A stretch of 64,000 nucleotides of DNA from contig JAAILG010001358.1 of assembly GCA_012026655.1 (NCBI GenBank), forward strand, positions 1 to 64,000, in the 5' to 3' direction. Positions 36,246 through 49,894 of this stretch are shown here, piece by piece (position 1 is the first letter of the stretch; each line of letters starts with the position of its first letter). The notes beneath the pieces are model-generated. The model saw only the letters and a list, made by a program, of their open reading frames with translations. It searched no databases and was not told the DNA's origin. The stretch is from Hydrolagus affinis. Its lineage: Eukaryota. The position numbers and the translations under genes were made by a program.

Positions 36246-37629
36246 CTATTGTTATTTATGAATAATTATTATACGTAAAATCATCCCAAGCAAAGATGAC
36301 TTCTTTTGGGACACAATACAAATGACCACTTTATTCTGGATGATGCTTCAAATACATTGCAATGCAGCTCAGTTCACTTGCTACCTGCTAAATAGAGTCT
36401 ATTACTTAGCTGTTTTTTTCAGTTGCTGAGCTGATGTTTGCTCAGGGAATTTGTATCTGGCACTTCTTTAATCCCACAAACACTGTATTTACAAAGCTGT
36501 CAATCAAAGGAATAATATCTCATTGTAAAGTAAATAACTATGGTCCACCAGGGAAAAATATATTAGTCAAAAATGTAGTTGAAAGCCTATATTTCTGTGC
36601 TAATTACATGCTTTATTTTGTCTCCCATGGGCATATTTTACAGAGGAATCCATTTTACAAAAGGTACCACTGTTAATCCACTGTTTGCCTTGTTCTCCAT
36701 TGCAGCTGCTTAGGAGATAGAGTGCAAACAAAACTGCATTTAAGGTCATTCCTCTTAAATCCACTGCATGGAGCCTACAAGCAGGTAAGAAAGCAGCTAA
36801 ATTATTGCTGGGAATAACATCAGGAAAAGACTCTAGATAAGATAACCTCATTGTTTCTTTATTTATGAGACCCATGGAGACTATTTTTTGCATTGCATCC
36901 ACCAATCAATGATAAAGAGATTACTTTAAGATTCTTTAAGATTATATGTTAGATTTAGGGTTCCAGTGACAGAGTGATCTTAAATAACAGTGGCATAAAA
37001 AGTTGAAAGGAACCTATTGTCTCTGCGTTAACATTTTGCAGTACTTATTATATGTATTTGGGAATTCAGATCTTTTAAATATTTCCATCTAATTTAAAGG
37101 CACTGTTTTATTAATATTGTCATTGTAGGGAAGACTATTGTCTTGTAAAACATCTACCTAAAAGGACTTGTGATCTGCCATAATCTGTTAAACAATGGTT
37201 GGGGATTTTTCAATCTTTCCATTTATGTAGCGCCCTTCACACGGGTTAGTGTCTCGGAAATAACCCCTATTAATGAAACATTTTTTTCTGAAGAGATGGA
37301 ACCACAATCTTTGTAAACAGCGCAGGAAGTGTTAAAGTTTAGAGCTTCTGAATACTCAGTTCACTGCAGTTGTACCATATTGTCCCCTTGGCTAAATGTT
37401 GGCCAATCATGTATTATTGATCAGGCGAAGTGTTTTAACTGAGGAACACGTATAGATATAAAATTCATATAAATACGTTCCCAAACTTCTTTTTAAACCA
37501 CGATTTGGTAACTAACCAAATTACCAATAACTAAGTCTGCTGGAAGTAGCATGTATCATTTTCCAGAGGGTGAAGTCACCATCCAGTGCAGCCCTAACTT
37601 ACTCAAACAATAATGTACCAGCATCGTGG

Positions 37630-37885
37630 GCTATGCTGAGCTAACTAATTTCGGTCACAGTGCTGAGAGGAATGGGGTACTAAAATTGACCTTGTTAGGT
37701 TAGGTGGGGGAAAATCAACTATGGGTGGCACTATCCCGTGACAACTCCTGGAGTTGTATGAATACTGGGTAAGGCTTGGTTACAAGATATCCCCTGATCC
37801 CCCCCCACTGTTCAATTGAACAGTATACCAACACTTGAAATTCACTTATGAGGAGTAACCACTTGGATGAGATACTGGTGTGGAA
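37630..37885 (+). mobile_element. Ancient SINE relic, AmnSINE2-like
   Basis: tgctgagctaact...taaaattgacct...ggggaaaatca...ccacttggatgagatactgg; homologous to 7690-7920. Confidence 0.5.
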
Positions 37886-38514
37886 GATTATTAGTGGAGG
37901 GGTTGTTTTTGGATGAAAAGTGGTTCATTTAAGGTGGAACTTCCTGAGTTACTGGATGTATGCTTGCTACAAATTACAGTCGCTATTACATCAAGCTTCG
38001 TCACATCAGAGCCACTATCGACTCCATGCAATTATCAACAATAACCTTGAAGTAAAAATATTTGATTTTAAAAACTATAAGAAAGAAATGTGTTAAGGGG
38101 CATCTTTGCGATTAATTTCAGTTTTAAGAGGAAACTGACAGTGAAAGTTGAAGCTGCACAACTGTTTTCCCAATTTATTGCAGTTTATTTTTCTCCTTTC
38201 AGACTTTAATACAATGTCAGCAGAAAAGCACGCTGCTGAGTGCTCTAACATAAGTGCACTGCCTTCATTAGTGAACTAGAAACTGTTCCAACAATGAGAA
38301 AATTACTTTTTGTGAAAGTAAATGTGTGTGCGGTGTATTAATGTACTTATTCCATGTGATTAGTGTGCAGGCGCAAGACCATATGCTTAACATGCTACCT
38401 GGAACTACTGGACATGTATTGAAGCTTGATATGATGACACTGTTACACTGAAGGAAGCCTGGTTAGTAGTTGTTCTATGTTATAATTACTTTTTGTCAAC
38501 TGGGTTTGACACAT

Positions 38515-38840
38515 AATAATAATAATAATCCTTGCATTTTGATACAGCGCTTTTCACATCTTCTAGACATCTCAAAGCGCTTCACAGAATATACTGCAAA
38601 GTGAATTGACTGTATATTTCTGGGCAAAACGCGGCAGCCAATTGCGCATAGCAGTTTCCCACAAATAGTCGTGGATTGAAACGACCAATATTATTATTGT
38701 GGTTTTTTTGGAGGGATTATTATTAGACGTATGGAGTGAGGAAACTTGCCCAAGGTTTCGCCTGCCCTGCTCTGCCTGGATTCGAAATACAGGATTTGTG
38801 TTGTATGGCGAGTGCTCTAACCACTGAGCTACAGGACTCC
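38515..38840 (-). mobile_element. Deu-type SINE, short form, full length
   Basis: Reverse complement from the (AAT)n tail to the head ...ccactgagctacaggactcc. Confidence 0.9.
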
Positions 38841-41176
38841 ATACCTGCGAAAACCCATCACTATGCTTAAGGGTGTCCAGATCAAACTGAAAAATCCATG
38901 CATCCCATCTATACATGGAAATTCCAGAGATAGATTGTTTGAATTGAATGCACTCTCTCTCTCCTGGAGAGACGCATCCTGTTTACCTAATTCCGGAAGG
39001 TATTAGGCACAGCTTGTAAAGAAAATGGGAATGATGGCACAGAATCAAGAGAGAAGCCAGATATTTGCTGGCAAAGTCTGCACCTGAAACAGAAAGGCAA
39101 GCTAAGGCCCTGGGAGTAACCTCATTCTTATGAAAGCAGACCAGTACTTTCAGCATCAGCACAAATGAAGCTCGAGTAAAGGGAATTGTTCAAAGAACAT
39201 AACATCACCACACTTGTTTGCTTTTTGTCATTTGAATAATTTCTTAGTTCACGTCAATCTTTTTTCCCACTCAAAGAAAAATGCGGAGGCCATTCGGCTC
39301 GTGTTATACTCTTTGTTTGATCCATTTTCCCCAATATCTCCATTTATTACTGAAGCTGTTCTCTACATTTGTACCGTTTGCAGACTGTGTGCGTTGTTGA
39401 TTAGGATTTATTAAATCTTGATTTTATTTTTGCATTTACTGTAGTTTTGTGCTTAGGCCTTGCATTTGACCATATGACATGATGCATCAAGATTTTTTTA
39501 ATATACGGTCAGATATCTCTGCAAGCTTACGGAACGTGCCACATAAATACTGAAAGTTGGGCAAACAATGCCTCAACAGTTGAACTATTTATCCACAAAT
39601 AAATTTTGGAACTACTCTGGGTGGTGGTGTGGGGGAGGGGTGAGGGAGGTAGGGTTGGCTCCTTGTGAACAGCTTACTAATCAAACCAGAAACTCTGGTC
39701 CTGGATAAATTAATAACCAATTTCACATAAAGAACTTATTATCTTCCCATCATGCAAATATTGACTCACTTGGGTAATCAGTTGCTGAGTATAAACAGCT
39801 CTCTTTTCACATTGGAATCCAGAGCAGACAGCCTTGTGTACTCTGTAGTCTCTGTAACCTCAGCCACAACTGATAATGCAGCAGATCAAAGCCTAAAGGG
39901 AGAGATGTTGGTATATTTCTGCATAAATATTCACCTTAAACAACTGATATGAGCATAAAAGAAGTCTGCAAATATTGCAATTGACTAGTTATTTTCATGC
40001 ATCTAGATGGTGTTGGAGGCTTTTTTCCCTGGGTGGTAGAAGGCACTAAGCCTTCATTCTGTCCATGAAGCTTTACTTGCGCATCTCCATGGGTACATGA
40101 GAGTAACCATGAATGAGAGGGGCATTCGACAACTGAACGGACCAATCCAGTTGTGTCAGTTTAACCGAAGAACCCCTTGTCGCTTGGCTTCATTACACGT
40201 TATGAGGAGCACAACTAGCAGGGCAAATCAATCTCATGAGAGGACCAAAATCCTCCTCCTTTTTAAAGAGCAAAACAAAGCATATTGTTCAGACAGCCGC
40301 CTGAATCAACTCGCACTCCCAGTTTGTGTTTCAAACCCTCGGCTGCCCACGCTTCAGGCTGGCCCTGACAGCTCAGTGCACTTTATTCGCTATGAAAATG
40401 TGAACAAAGCAAACATTGAGCACTTAGTGGGTTGCATTTCTCTGAACTCTGGGCTGATGTAAACTTTGACAAAGCCAGGATGAGGTCAGTCATTTTCAAA
40501 CATCAATTACATTGTATAAGTTTGCAGCCACTGGGACAAAATCAACTCTTGATGGAGTATTGGAGCCCTCAAGCAGTGTTTGAATTTGCAAAAAAAAGGA
40601 AAGATAAAGGTAATACATGATTGCTTCAAAGATAGGCCTCCTTTTATCATTTCATTGTTCTGTTGGTTTTATAGCATTCAAACAGTTTGGTTCTAAACAT
40701 GGGCTGCAGCAGTTGTGAAATAAAATTCTTTGTGTGTATTATCATTATTGACCTCAGGGCTACAGTTACTGGTATTTTTACCTCTCCAGTGGCAATCCAT
40801 ATAACAGCATAGCATAGTAGAAAATAATATTGTAAATTGCAATTATCTCAGCACAACATAATCAATACATTGTCATATTAGATGAAGCAGCAGATTAATG
40901 CTCCCTTCCTTGCCCTCTGAATTGCCAATACTTCATGATAACATGGGAACATCATTTAAACAAGAACTTGCATTTATAGAGCGCTCTTCACATGGGGTAG
41001 TGCTTCAAAGTGAGTGAAAATAGTGTCATCACTAGGAATTTTCTTTAATAATAATTCTTGCATATGATAACATATCTACAATGTTGACTGTCTCAAAGAG
41101 CTTCACAAACTTTCTGTAAAGACCAGTGACTGTGTATTTCCTGCTTACAAGTTACAAATACCTGCACAAATTCAAA

Positions 41177-41195
41177 CTGCTCCCTCTGATGGCAA
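41177..41195 (-). promoter_or_regulatory. Candidate CTCF site
   Basis: Minus strand ttgCCATCAGAGGGAGCag is close to the CTCF core; motif match only. Confidence 0.3.
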
Positions 41196-42462
41196 GTCTG
41201 TTGGGATTTGCCTAATTCCAATTTGAAGTGTTTAGATAATCTAATCATCTGGTAGAGACTTGAATTAGTACGACTATTTTCATTTAACTGGGTGGCCCAG
41301 TGCAGTATTGGTACTAAAACACTGTGTTAACTTCCCTCGCTCGACTGGCGTAATAAAGAAAAACTGAGGAACATGGCTCACTACATTTCCCAGCAGTGTA
41401 GGCAGGGGCCTGGGCATGGATTGCCTCCCTGCCTGTCAGTGGAACCAACAATTCCACATTCAGACCATTTGCTTAAAATTTAAGATAACGCAGAAGTTTG
41501 CAAAAAGACGTAGAGACGTCAGAGAGGACAGAAATGTAAGGTTCAAAATAACAGCCATGATCATCATTTGCTATCCTAGTTTTGTTATTTGTCTTATTGT
41601 TTTCTTTGTAACCAAAGTGTTGGTCCAGATTCTCCATCGTTTAGGAGACCTTTTCAATTCATCCTTTCATATACCACACTGCAGGCAAATTTCTGAACAA
41701 GTTGGCTGAAAGTTTAGCACTTGTAACAAGAAGCCATTTTCTATTGTAGTAATTATGACTCTAAAAGAAGCTATTGTCAAGTGATTTTTATTGATGAATA
41801 AATACAAAGGGAGCAAATGATTATTTTCCACAACGCATTTTCTTCCATTTGCATTCCCTTTTGAAATGTGATTTTCAAAGTGCTGCAGAAACCTTGGAGA
41901 CATGCCTTTTATTCAAGCCTGTCATCCCTACATCCAGGCACAAAAGTCTTCAAATGATCTTTGATTACTTCTTTACTAAATTCATCAGTGAATTAAAATA
42001 AATTTAATAACCTACTCTATCCTTCACTTTTTTGATTAAAGTATTTGATTAGGAATTTGTACCTCTGATTTTTGTCTTCAGGATCTTCAGATCGCATTGT
42101 AATATTGTTCTTTTCCTCAGTTTACAAGACTAGCCAGTGCATAAAGACTAATTAGAATGCCTGTGCACCTTATAATTATGTGCTGTGTGTGGCTGAATTT
42201 CATTCATTCAATGTGCTTCCTGCAACCCAGGGGTTTACATTATCATCAACAGCTTAAGTACAGATCAGGGAATGTAAAAGCCATTAGAGGTTAGATTAAA
42301 TGTAGCGCTATCGAAACTTCATCTCTGATATCCGAGATGCAAAGTGAATGAAAGAAGAAAGGTGACTATGATTAAACTCTAATAATGGAATATTGATGTT
42401 AGGCCTGTTCTATTCGATCTATAATCTAATTTATCATAACACCTCAGTAAATACACGTCTAG

Positions 42463-42476
42463 GTTACCATGGAAAC
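42463..42476. promoter_or_regulatory. RFX X-box motif
   Basis: GTTACCATGGAAAC fits the GTTNCCATGGNAAC consensus in non-repeat DNA; motif match only. Confidence 0.35.
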
Positions 42477-43112
42477 AAATACAATCTGACATCTTTTATA
42501 TTTTAACTACCTTTTCCTGTTTATGTATTTTTGGCATTAAATCTCTGGTCTGATCATTCCATTTCTCATGAGGAAAGCCTATACAACACCATCAACAAGT
42601 TTTCTATTATGACCTGCTGTGCATTTTTAGGTTTTTATCTGTTTTTATTCTTTCTTTCGAAAATGTTGCAATGCTCTACAGCAAATTGATTCCATTTTCC
42701 TCTCACATGCAATCATGAATTATTACTTGTTTCCTGTGCCTTTCAGTAACTTGCTGTCCCCTTTTCACCCACAAAATTAACAGATCACCTCTTGCTTCTC
42801 ATGTCCCCTCCACTTTGTAAAGCTAAAGAATCAGTAACTTAACCAACCAACAACCATATTTCATGTGTAATTGAGGCAAGGAGTCTTAGCTGACTATGCA
42901 AGAGTAATGACTGTTTTTGTAGGCAAATGTGAAAGCCATTCATTCACAGCAAGATCCGACAAACAACCATTGGGTACTCGACCAATTAATCTGAGGCCAG
43001 GACATTGATTTTATTTAAATTTGAATGGAGGGCAGTAGGATGGATTTTCTGGAAGGATGAAATCAGATGCACCAATAAGCATCCTTCATCAGACCTGATC
43101 TTGTGATATCAA

Positions 43113-43471
43113 AATAATAATAATCCTTGCATTTGATATCATGCCTGCAAGACATCTCAAAGTGCTTCACAGAATATACTATAAACTGAATTGACTCTAT
43201 TTTGTGGGCGAAACGCAGCAACTAATTGCGCACAGCAGTGTCCCACAAACAGTTGTGGATTGAAGTGATCAATTGATTATTATCATTTTGATTGAATTAT
43301 TACCCCAGGAAAAGTGATTCGTCGATCGACTAACAACCAAGTTCCTACTTTCTGTTAGGTAAACAAGTGTGTGGAATAAGGGAACTTGCCCTATATTTCG
43401 CCCTGCCAGGAATCAAACCCAGGTATCTTACTTGCAGGAAGAGTGCTCTAACCACTGAGCAAGAGGACTCC
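43113..43471 (-). mobile_element. Deu-type SINE, long form, full length
   Basis: Tail, Deu core, extra central block and tRNA head all present. Confidence 0.9.
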
Positions 43472-44357
43472 ATGATGAATCTTCTGGACATTTACCAATG
43501 TTTTTCACCATGGTAACCTCAGTAGGTATGGGCGATTAATTGGTCAGAGTAAATATCAATGAATTCCCTCTTGGATTTCCTATTGAACACAACTAATGAT
43601 TGAATATAATTAGAATAATTTTTCCAATTCAACGCTGTGCTTTGCTGCCACTCGCCTTGTTGTAGAGCTGCCATTGAGCAGAACATTTTTTGTAGTGCAA
43701 GCACAGGTAGCGAATTTGCTTCCTTTTTATTTCAACTCTGTCTTTTCTTATGTTAATCTCAGCCATTCATTCATCCAGCAAATGTTGCTTGACTCAAAAT
43801 TAAGGCACAGCCAGGAACACACACTGAGACTGGTGCATTATTTTCATTATCTGCCTTACACAATGATCAGCAAGCCCACAACACGTCAAAATACAGAAAA
43901 ACATGACACTGAAACCTCAGAAGAATACAGTGTTCACAATACTCCCTTTTACTATTTCAAAAATGTAGTTGATTCACAAAGGATCATTTATCATCGACTC
44001 TAAAAGCATTGATTGCATAATGTTCTATTCTTATGAAAATAGTGTCTGTAGTGTGATACTTTATATTACATGAGGAATTTGGCTACTTTGTTGTAGACAA
44101 TTAGAGAATCAGACTGCAAGAACTCAAAGTTCTGTGTTAAAAGTAGAAAGAGAGAGTCTCATTGATGATGCATCTCCATGCTCTCAATAGAAATGGCGCT
44201 CACATGGTGATATTAAAGCACTCTACATTCTTACAGCGGTATTGATTAAAGGTGAAAGTTATTACAGTAGCTAAGAGATGGCTCTAAGTGGGGAAATGTG
44301 AGGAACTCATTTCATTTATCATTCAGTCAATTGTATATTACCTTCCTCTGAAGTCTT

Positions 44358-44841
44358 AATTCAAAACTCTGCCGCCTGCATACTCACCCGCACCAAGCTT
44401 CGCTCCCCCATTACCCCAGTCCTTGCCAGACTTCACTGGCTTCCTGTCCCTGAGAGGATCGACTTCAAGATCCTCACGCTTGTCTTCAAGTCCCTCCACT
44501 CCTCTACACCCCCCTACCTCTCTGACCTCCTCTCTCCCCAAACCAGCAACCGCTGCCTTCGCTCCACCGGGTCTGGCCTCTTCCATGTCCCCCGAATCCT
44601 CCGCTCCACCCTCGGCGGCCGTGCCTTCAGCCACTACGCCCAAGGCTCTGGAACTCCCTTCCTCACTCCTTTCACCTCATCCCCTCTCTTCCCAGCTTCA
44701 GGTCACAGCTTTGTCTTCGACTGCGCCTTTGGTCACCTTTCTACCCCTGCCCCTGGCTCGGTCCCAGGACCGCTACTGTGAAGCGCTCTGAGATGCCGTC
44801 TGGCGTGGAGGGCGCTATATAAATTGAAGTTGTTGTTGTTG
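44358..44841 (+). mobile_element. L2 LINE 3' fragment (second subfamily)
   Basis: IQNSAACILT...ITPVLARLHWLPVPERIDFKILTLVFKSLH...GRAFSHYAQGS; (TTG)n tail. Confidence 0.92.
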
Positions 44842-44999
44842 AATTCCATTGTGCAGATGCTAAATGTTCTATTAGCACTTTTAACACTCCTGGCTTTTGT
44901 AATATTTTTAATGTTCCTCATGATCCTATTTTACATAAGTGAAAGAGAAACTGTATCTCTTGTATTTCAATTATCCTCCTAATGCTGTGCACTGTGTAA

Positions 45000-45520
45000 G
45001 GCCCTGCTTGTCAGCCTTCCCAATTCCTCCCTTCACAGGGAGGTAATCCAGAACTCTGCAGCTCATGTCCACTACCACTACAAGCTTCATGACCCCCATC
45101 CTCACTCAACTCGATTGGCTCCCCATTCATCCAGAGGATCCAATTCAAGATCATGGTCCTCACATTCAAAGCCCTCCACCTCCTCGCCCTACCTGACATC
45201 TGCGACCTCCTAATTCCCTACCAACCTGCCTAACCCCTCTGCTCAGCAGGCTCCGGCCTACTCTACGTCTCCCGACCTGGCAATTGGCAGCCACTCTGTC
45301 CTCAATCTCTGGATCTCCATCCCGCAGTCCCTCCACTTCGGCCCCTTCCTGGCCTCCTTCGAGACCCGCCTCCTCTTCAATGATCCCATCGGTCACCCCA
45401 AATCCCTCCCTTTCCCTCCACCCTCACCGTCTCCGACCCCAGCTTGGGTCTGAAACGATGACTGTCGAGCACTTTGGGATGTCCTCCTGACATGAAAGGT
45501 GCTATACAACTATAATTGTG
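45000..45520 (+). mobile_element. L2 LINE 3' fragment
   Basis: IQNSAAHV...TPILTQLDWLP-IQRIQFKIMVLTFKALH motifs and L2 tail. Confidence 0.9.
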
Positions 45521-45945
45521 GTATATCGTATTATATTTGCACTGTAAAACAGCTCTACTGTTGGATAAAATTGGAAATTTACAGGAGAGAAACCATTAGC
45601 ACATTGAGTCTGTGTTAGCTTTCAGAGCAAAGTATTATTTCAGCTTTGCATTTCAGCTGTTTTTTCTTTATGGTTTGCTGATGAGGATTTCAGAGTTAAA
45701 AGAATGTCTAATCCTAACTTAGCTTTAAGAGCTACTGTGGTTCACCTTGAGATATTATCGTACATGAAAGATGTATAAATGCATGATGTTTTATGGAAAG
45801 ATCTTGCTTTTGTGAATTTTATCTTTAGTGAAGGTTTCAAAATTCTCTTGCTCTTTTCTTGTGTGATGTTTTATATTCATTTTTATATTAATTTTTAGCC
45901 AATAGCAGAGAACATTATTCAGAAAATGTCTGTGCAGAGCACCTA

Positions 45946-46315
45946 ATAATAATAAGGATAATCCTTGCATCTCATATAGGCCTCATCATGTCTTCGACAC
46001 ATCTCAAAGCATTGTAAAGTGAATTGACTGTATATTTTGTGTGTGAAATGTGGCAGCTAATTGCACACAGTACTTCCCACAATTCCACAGTCATGGATTG
46101 AAGTGAACAATTTATTATTATTATAAATTTTTAAAGAAATTATTTCCCCCGGAAAAGCAATACGCCAATCAACTAACCACTGGGTTCCTACTTACTGCTA
46201 GCTAAACAGGCATGTGGAGTAAAGAAACTTGCCCAACATTTTGCCCTGCTGAGAATCAAACCCAGGTTCTCTAGCTTGTATGGCAAGTACTCTAACCACT
46301 GAGCTACAGGGCTCC
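45946..46315 (-). mobile_element. Deu-type SINE, long form, full length
   Basis: Same layout as 43113-43471. Confidence 0.9.
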
Positions 46316-49300
46316 ACTTAATGGGTGCTAATATGAAGGACTTAAGTGGTTAAGACAAAGTGGTTGACATTGGAAATTAGCATTTCTAGACATTGGAGAT
46401 GTGGTGGCACTATGATTTTCCTGTGCCATTGGTACTCCAGAATTTTAGATGCTTACAAGAAATTACCTGCTCAAACACCCTCCGCTTTGCATATCTACTG
46501 AGTAAATAGATTTGAAGAAGTTCATAAATGGCAAAGAATAATAATCAACAATCCAAATCCCTGTTCCAATATGATTTGCTTCTCTGAATTGTGTAAATGT
46601 CTTTAAATCTTCCATTTACACTACTCACCTGGTGTGAGATTGGCTTCTCTCGTGTGGACACTGGCTTCATAAGATCAGAGTTTACACACTATAGGCACAG
46701 TAGGACAGCTCTGAGTGGTGATCAGACTGCACAAGAGTGACTATTGAGAAGAAAGAGGAGAGGAAGTGCCTTTTGTCATGAATAACATCTCTATTACCAG
46801 GGTAACAGCTCGGCTGCCGAACCACTGAGGCCTGAGTGTTTGGGGAAAAGGAAGAAAAACGAGGAACCACAAGAAGAAAGGGACGAAACCGTAAGTACAA
46901 AAAAAAAGCTGAAAATAATGACTGGAGCTGGAAGATGAAGAAAAGAAAATATGGCAGGAAAGATGTAAATATTATAGTGTAGTATCAGTTTCCTGAATAT
47001 CGAGGTGAACAGTTTATTAGTATGTTAGAGGTTCTATTGTGGCCATAACCATCTCTCACTGTGCTACGAATAAGAGACTTTTAATTCCTGACTGCCACAA
47101 TTTGTGGTGAAGGTCATCATTAATAAAACGTGAAATAAATCTGCAGCCTGACAGACAGCTAATATGGGCACCATTGTTGCACTGATAATATTATCCACAT
47201 GTCGCAAAAGCACAAATGAGCACTGATGTTTTTTTTGTTCCCCCCTGTTAATTTTAAGTTTTTGCACTATTATAAATGTGAAGCCAAATATAACCCATTT
47301 ACTGTATCCTACACTGCATTCCATTTTCAGACTTACTGCCTAAAAGCTGTTGATCCCAGGGAAAGGAAAGTTAATGCAGTGGACAATAAGTAATAACAGG
47401 CTACTTTGTTACAAGAAAGCAAACTGATTAAAAAAAAACACAAGATTTTCAAAACGATCTAAAAGTGTGAAGATTGTCAATAAAAATGGCGAACAGGATC
47501 TTGTTTTAGATTATTGTACTATTTTCTTGATTGATTTTTTTAAAAAAGAGCAACATTTTGATATAAAATATTAAACAAACCGATAAGACTGATATCAGAG
47601 GTTTCATGTAACCTTAAAATATTTTTTTTTTGGTCAATTGGGTGTCTTGACATTTGCAGAAACCCATTCCCATGAGAGTATCCAAACCAAATTGAAAATT
47701 CCATGCATCATTCACATGAAAATTCCAGAGTAAATGTTCCCATCTTTGTCAATGAAATTTAAAGCAAGAGAGAGAGAGAAAGAAAACAGTACTCTAATCC
47801 TATTTTGTCACCTAATCCTCAGGTGCTGTCTGCTCTATGTGCACACTTTGATATGAACTGTTCCCTTCTTAGATAATGTCATAAATTGAACGGATAATCT
47901 AAGCATAATGGGGCCAAAATTGAACCACTGACATTATCAATGGAACAGTCTATTGTGCAGAATAAAAACAGATTTGAGAATAAAATTGAAGGTATTTATT
48001 CGGAATTGTAAACCGTAAAGCATTTAAATTATAATAAGTGATTCAGCATCTGTTAGAATTGATCCATTTTTTTCTGTTAATGGTAGTTTAGGTGCAAGAT
48101 TTACTCTAAGGTTCCCTCTAGGCTGAATTTATTGATTAAGTTGGATAAACAGACTCTGCATGACCCGGCCTCATTTCAAGACCATGGCTTTATAGTCTGC
48201 ACTCCTATATCATAGCTTGCTTTTGCAACCCTTGTTGTCTCATTGCTAACAAATCTGTTCACAGCTCCTGTAGGCCTTGTTTTACAGCTAACAGATGAGT
48301 CTGACTGGAAATAAGCCGACCTTAATGCGAGCAGCTAGATCAGATCAAGGGTGAAGAAATAAGAATTGATTTTGTTAAGACAGAGCACTGGAGCAATTCC
48401 AAGTGGGGCTGTACATAGAAAAGGGCAGATATTCCTTTCTTGTTGACAAATTGAACTGTACATATGGACAAGGGGAACTGCTGATTGCTGTTGAAAATAC
48501 TCCGTTCATTTTCTGAGATTCATTTCTAAAGTCTTTTTGTCCTTTTTACACATTGCCATCTGCTGTTTTTTCAATGACCTTTACCAATCTAGCTCATCTG
48601 TTATCTAATGGCATGAAGAGGACTTCTTCACATCATGGAAAGCTTTAGATTTAAGATCCCTCCTTCATTAGAGAGAAACTGAACAGCCTTGGGTGCTGGG
48701 TGTTAATGAATGTGAAGAAAGATCTTTTTATGTGCTTCACACATTATGTTCTTGACTCCTTGAGGTGCTACAATAAATTGCTGTGCTTCATTTACAACCA
48801 GCGATAGCACTACAAAATGAGAATTTTGTGGCAAATTACTCTGTGGTTCATGCCAGGTCAGACTGCCAGGCTAATGAGAAGAGATTGTCTAATTTTAAAC
48901 CTACTGCATTCTCACATTAACACTTACTGTGGTAGATTACGAGCCAAGCAAAGGTACAGTGTGCAAAATGAACCAGTTTCATGAGTATTCAGGAATGGAG
49001 AAGGAAAGTAGGGAATAACTTTTCTATCTTCTGGACGTGGCAGGTAAAAGAGAGAAAAGGAATCCAGTATTTACTCCAATCACATTTAAACAATTGTCCA
49101 GAGTCCTATTCTGGAACAGTTTTGGAACTGAGCTATTGGATTTACCAAAGTGTTAGTCCAAAAACTATTCATAGGGATTCTCCAGGGTTTTTTAAAATTT
49201 CCTATTTGATTGCCGCGTCTGTTACATCAGTTGTAGCGTGTTATTAACTGCATATAACCAGTGAGCTGAGTTACAGTGACACAATAAGAACCTAGTGGCC

Positions 49301-49885
49301 TTGCTGGGGCCATTATATCATGGCTTTGTTGATCAACATAGTCATATTGTAGGAAGGTTTTATAGTAGGCATTCTATCAAAACATACATTATGCATAAGC
49401 TTTCCTCAAATATAATGCTCTGGCTCTGGCTCATTCAATGTCTTCAGCCTTTTGATACATTAACCTCTATATGTAAACAAAAGGTCTGTGCTATAAAAAT
49501 ACATGTCAATTGGTATCCAGGTTTCAGGATCATGATCATAAGTCACCATTAACTTTATCAGTAATTAGATTGATCTGGTTGACCTATATAGGAAACTCTT
49601 TATGCCAGTGCTTTGAACTATTTTGTTTAATTTTTTATTGCCCCACCCAAACTGGCACCTTTAATGATATCTAAGTTCTTTTCTAAAAGTGATCTGGTTT
49701 CTCAGGATCACAGATCTCTATTAAAACTTCCAGCACAAGGTCAGTGTACTAGAAGCCTCCTCCCCAATGAAGATGTTTTGCTGAGTACTGGCTTAGCGGT
49801 AAAATTTCATACATCAATAATAGAGCTTATTTTTGTTCTTTCATTTTAATAACTCTGAAAGTGGCTAGAGATGACGTTTTGCAGT

Positions 49886-49894
49886 TGGGTGGTC
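49886..49894 (-). promoter_or_regulatory. Consensus GLI-binding motif
   Basis: TGGGTGGTC = GACCACCCA on the minus strand; motif match only. Confidence 0.25.

Noticed and set aside
37807-37824. Perfect 18-bp palindrome actgttcaattgaacagt
   Set aside because: Short and inside a decayed SINE; plausibly chance or a small template switch
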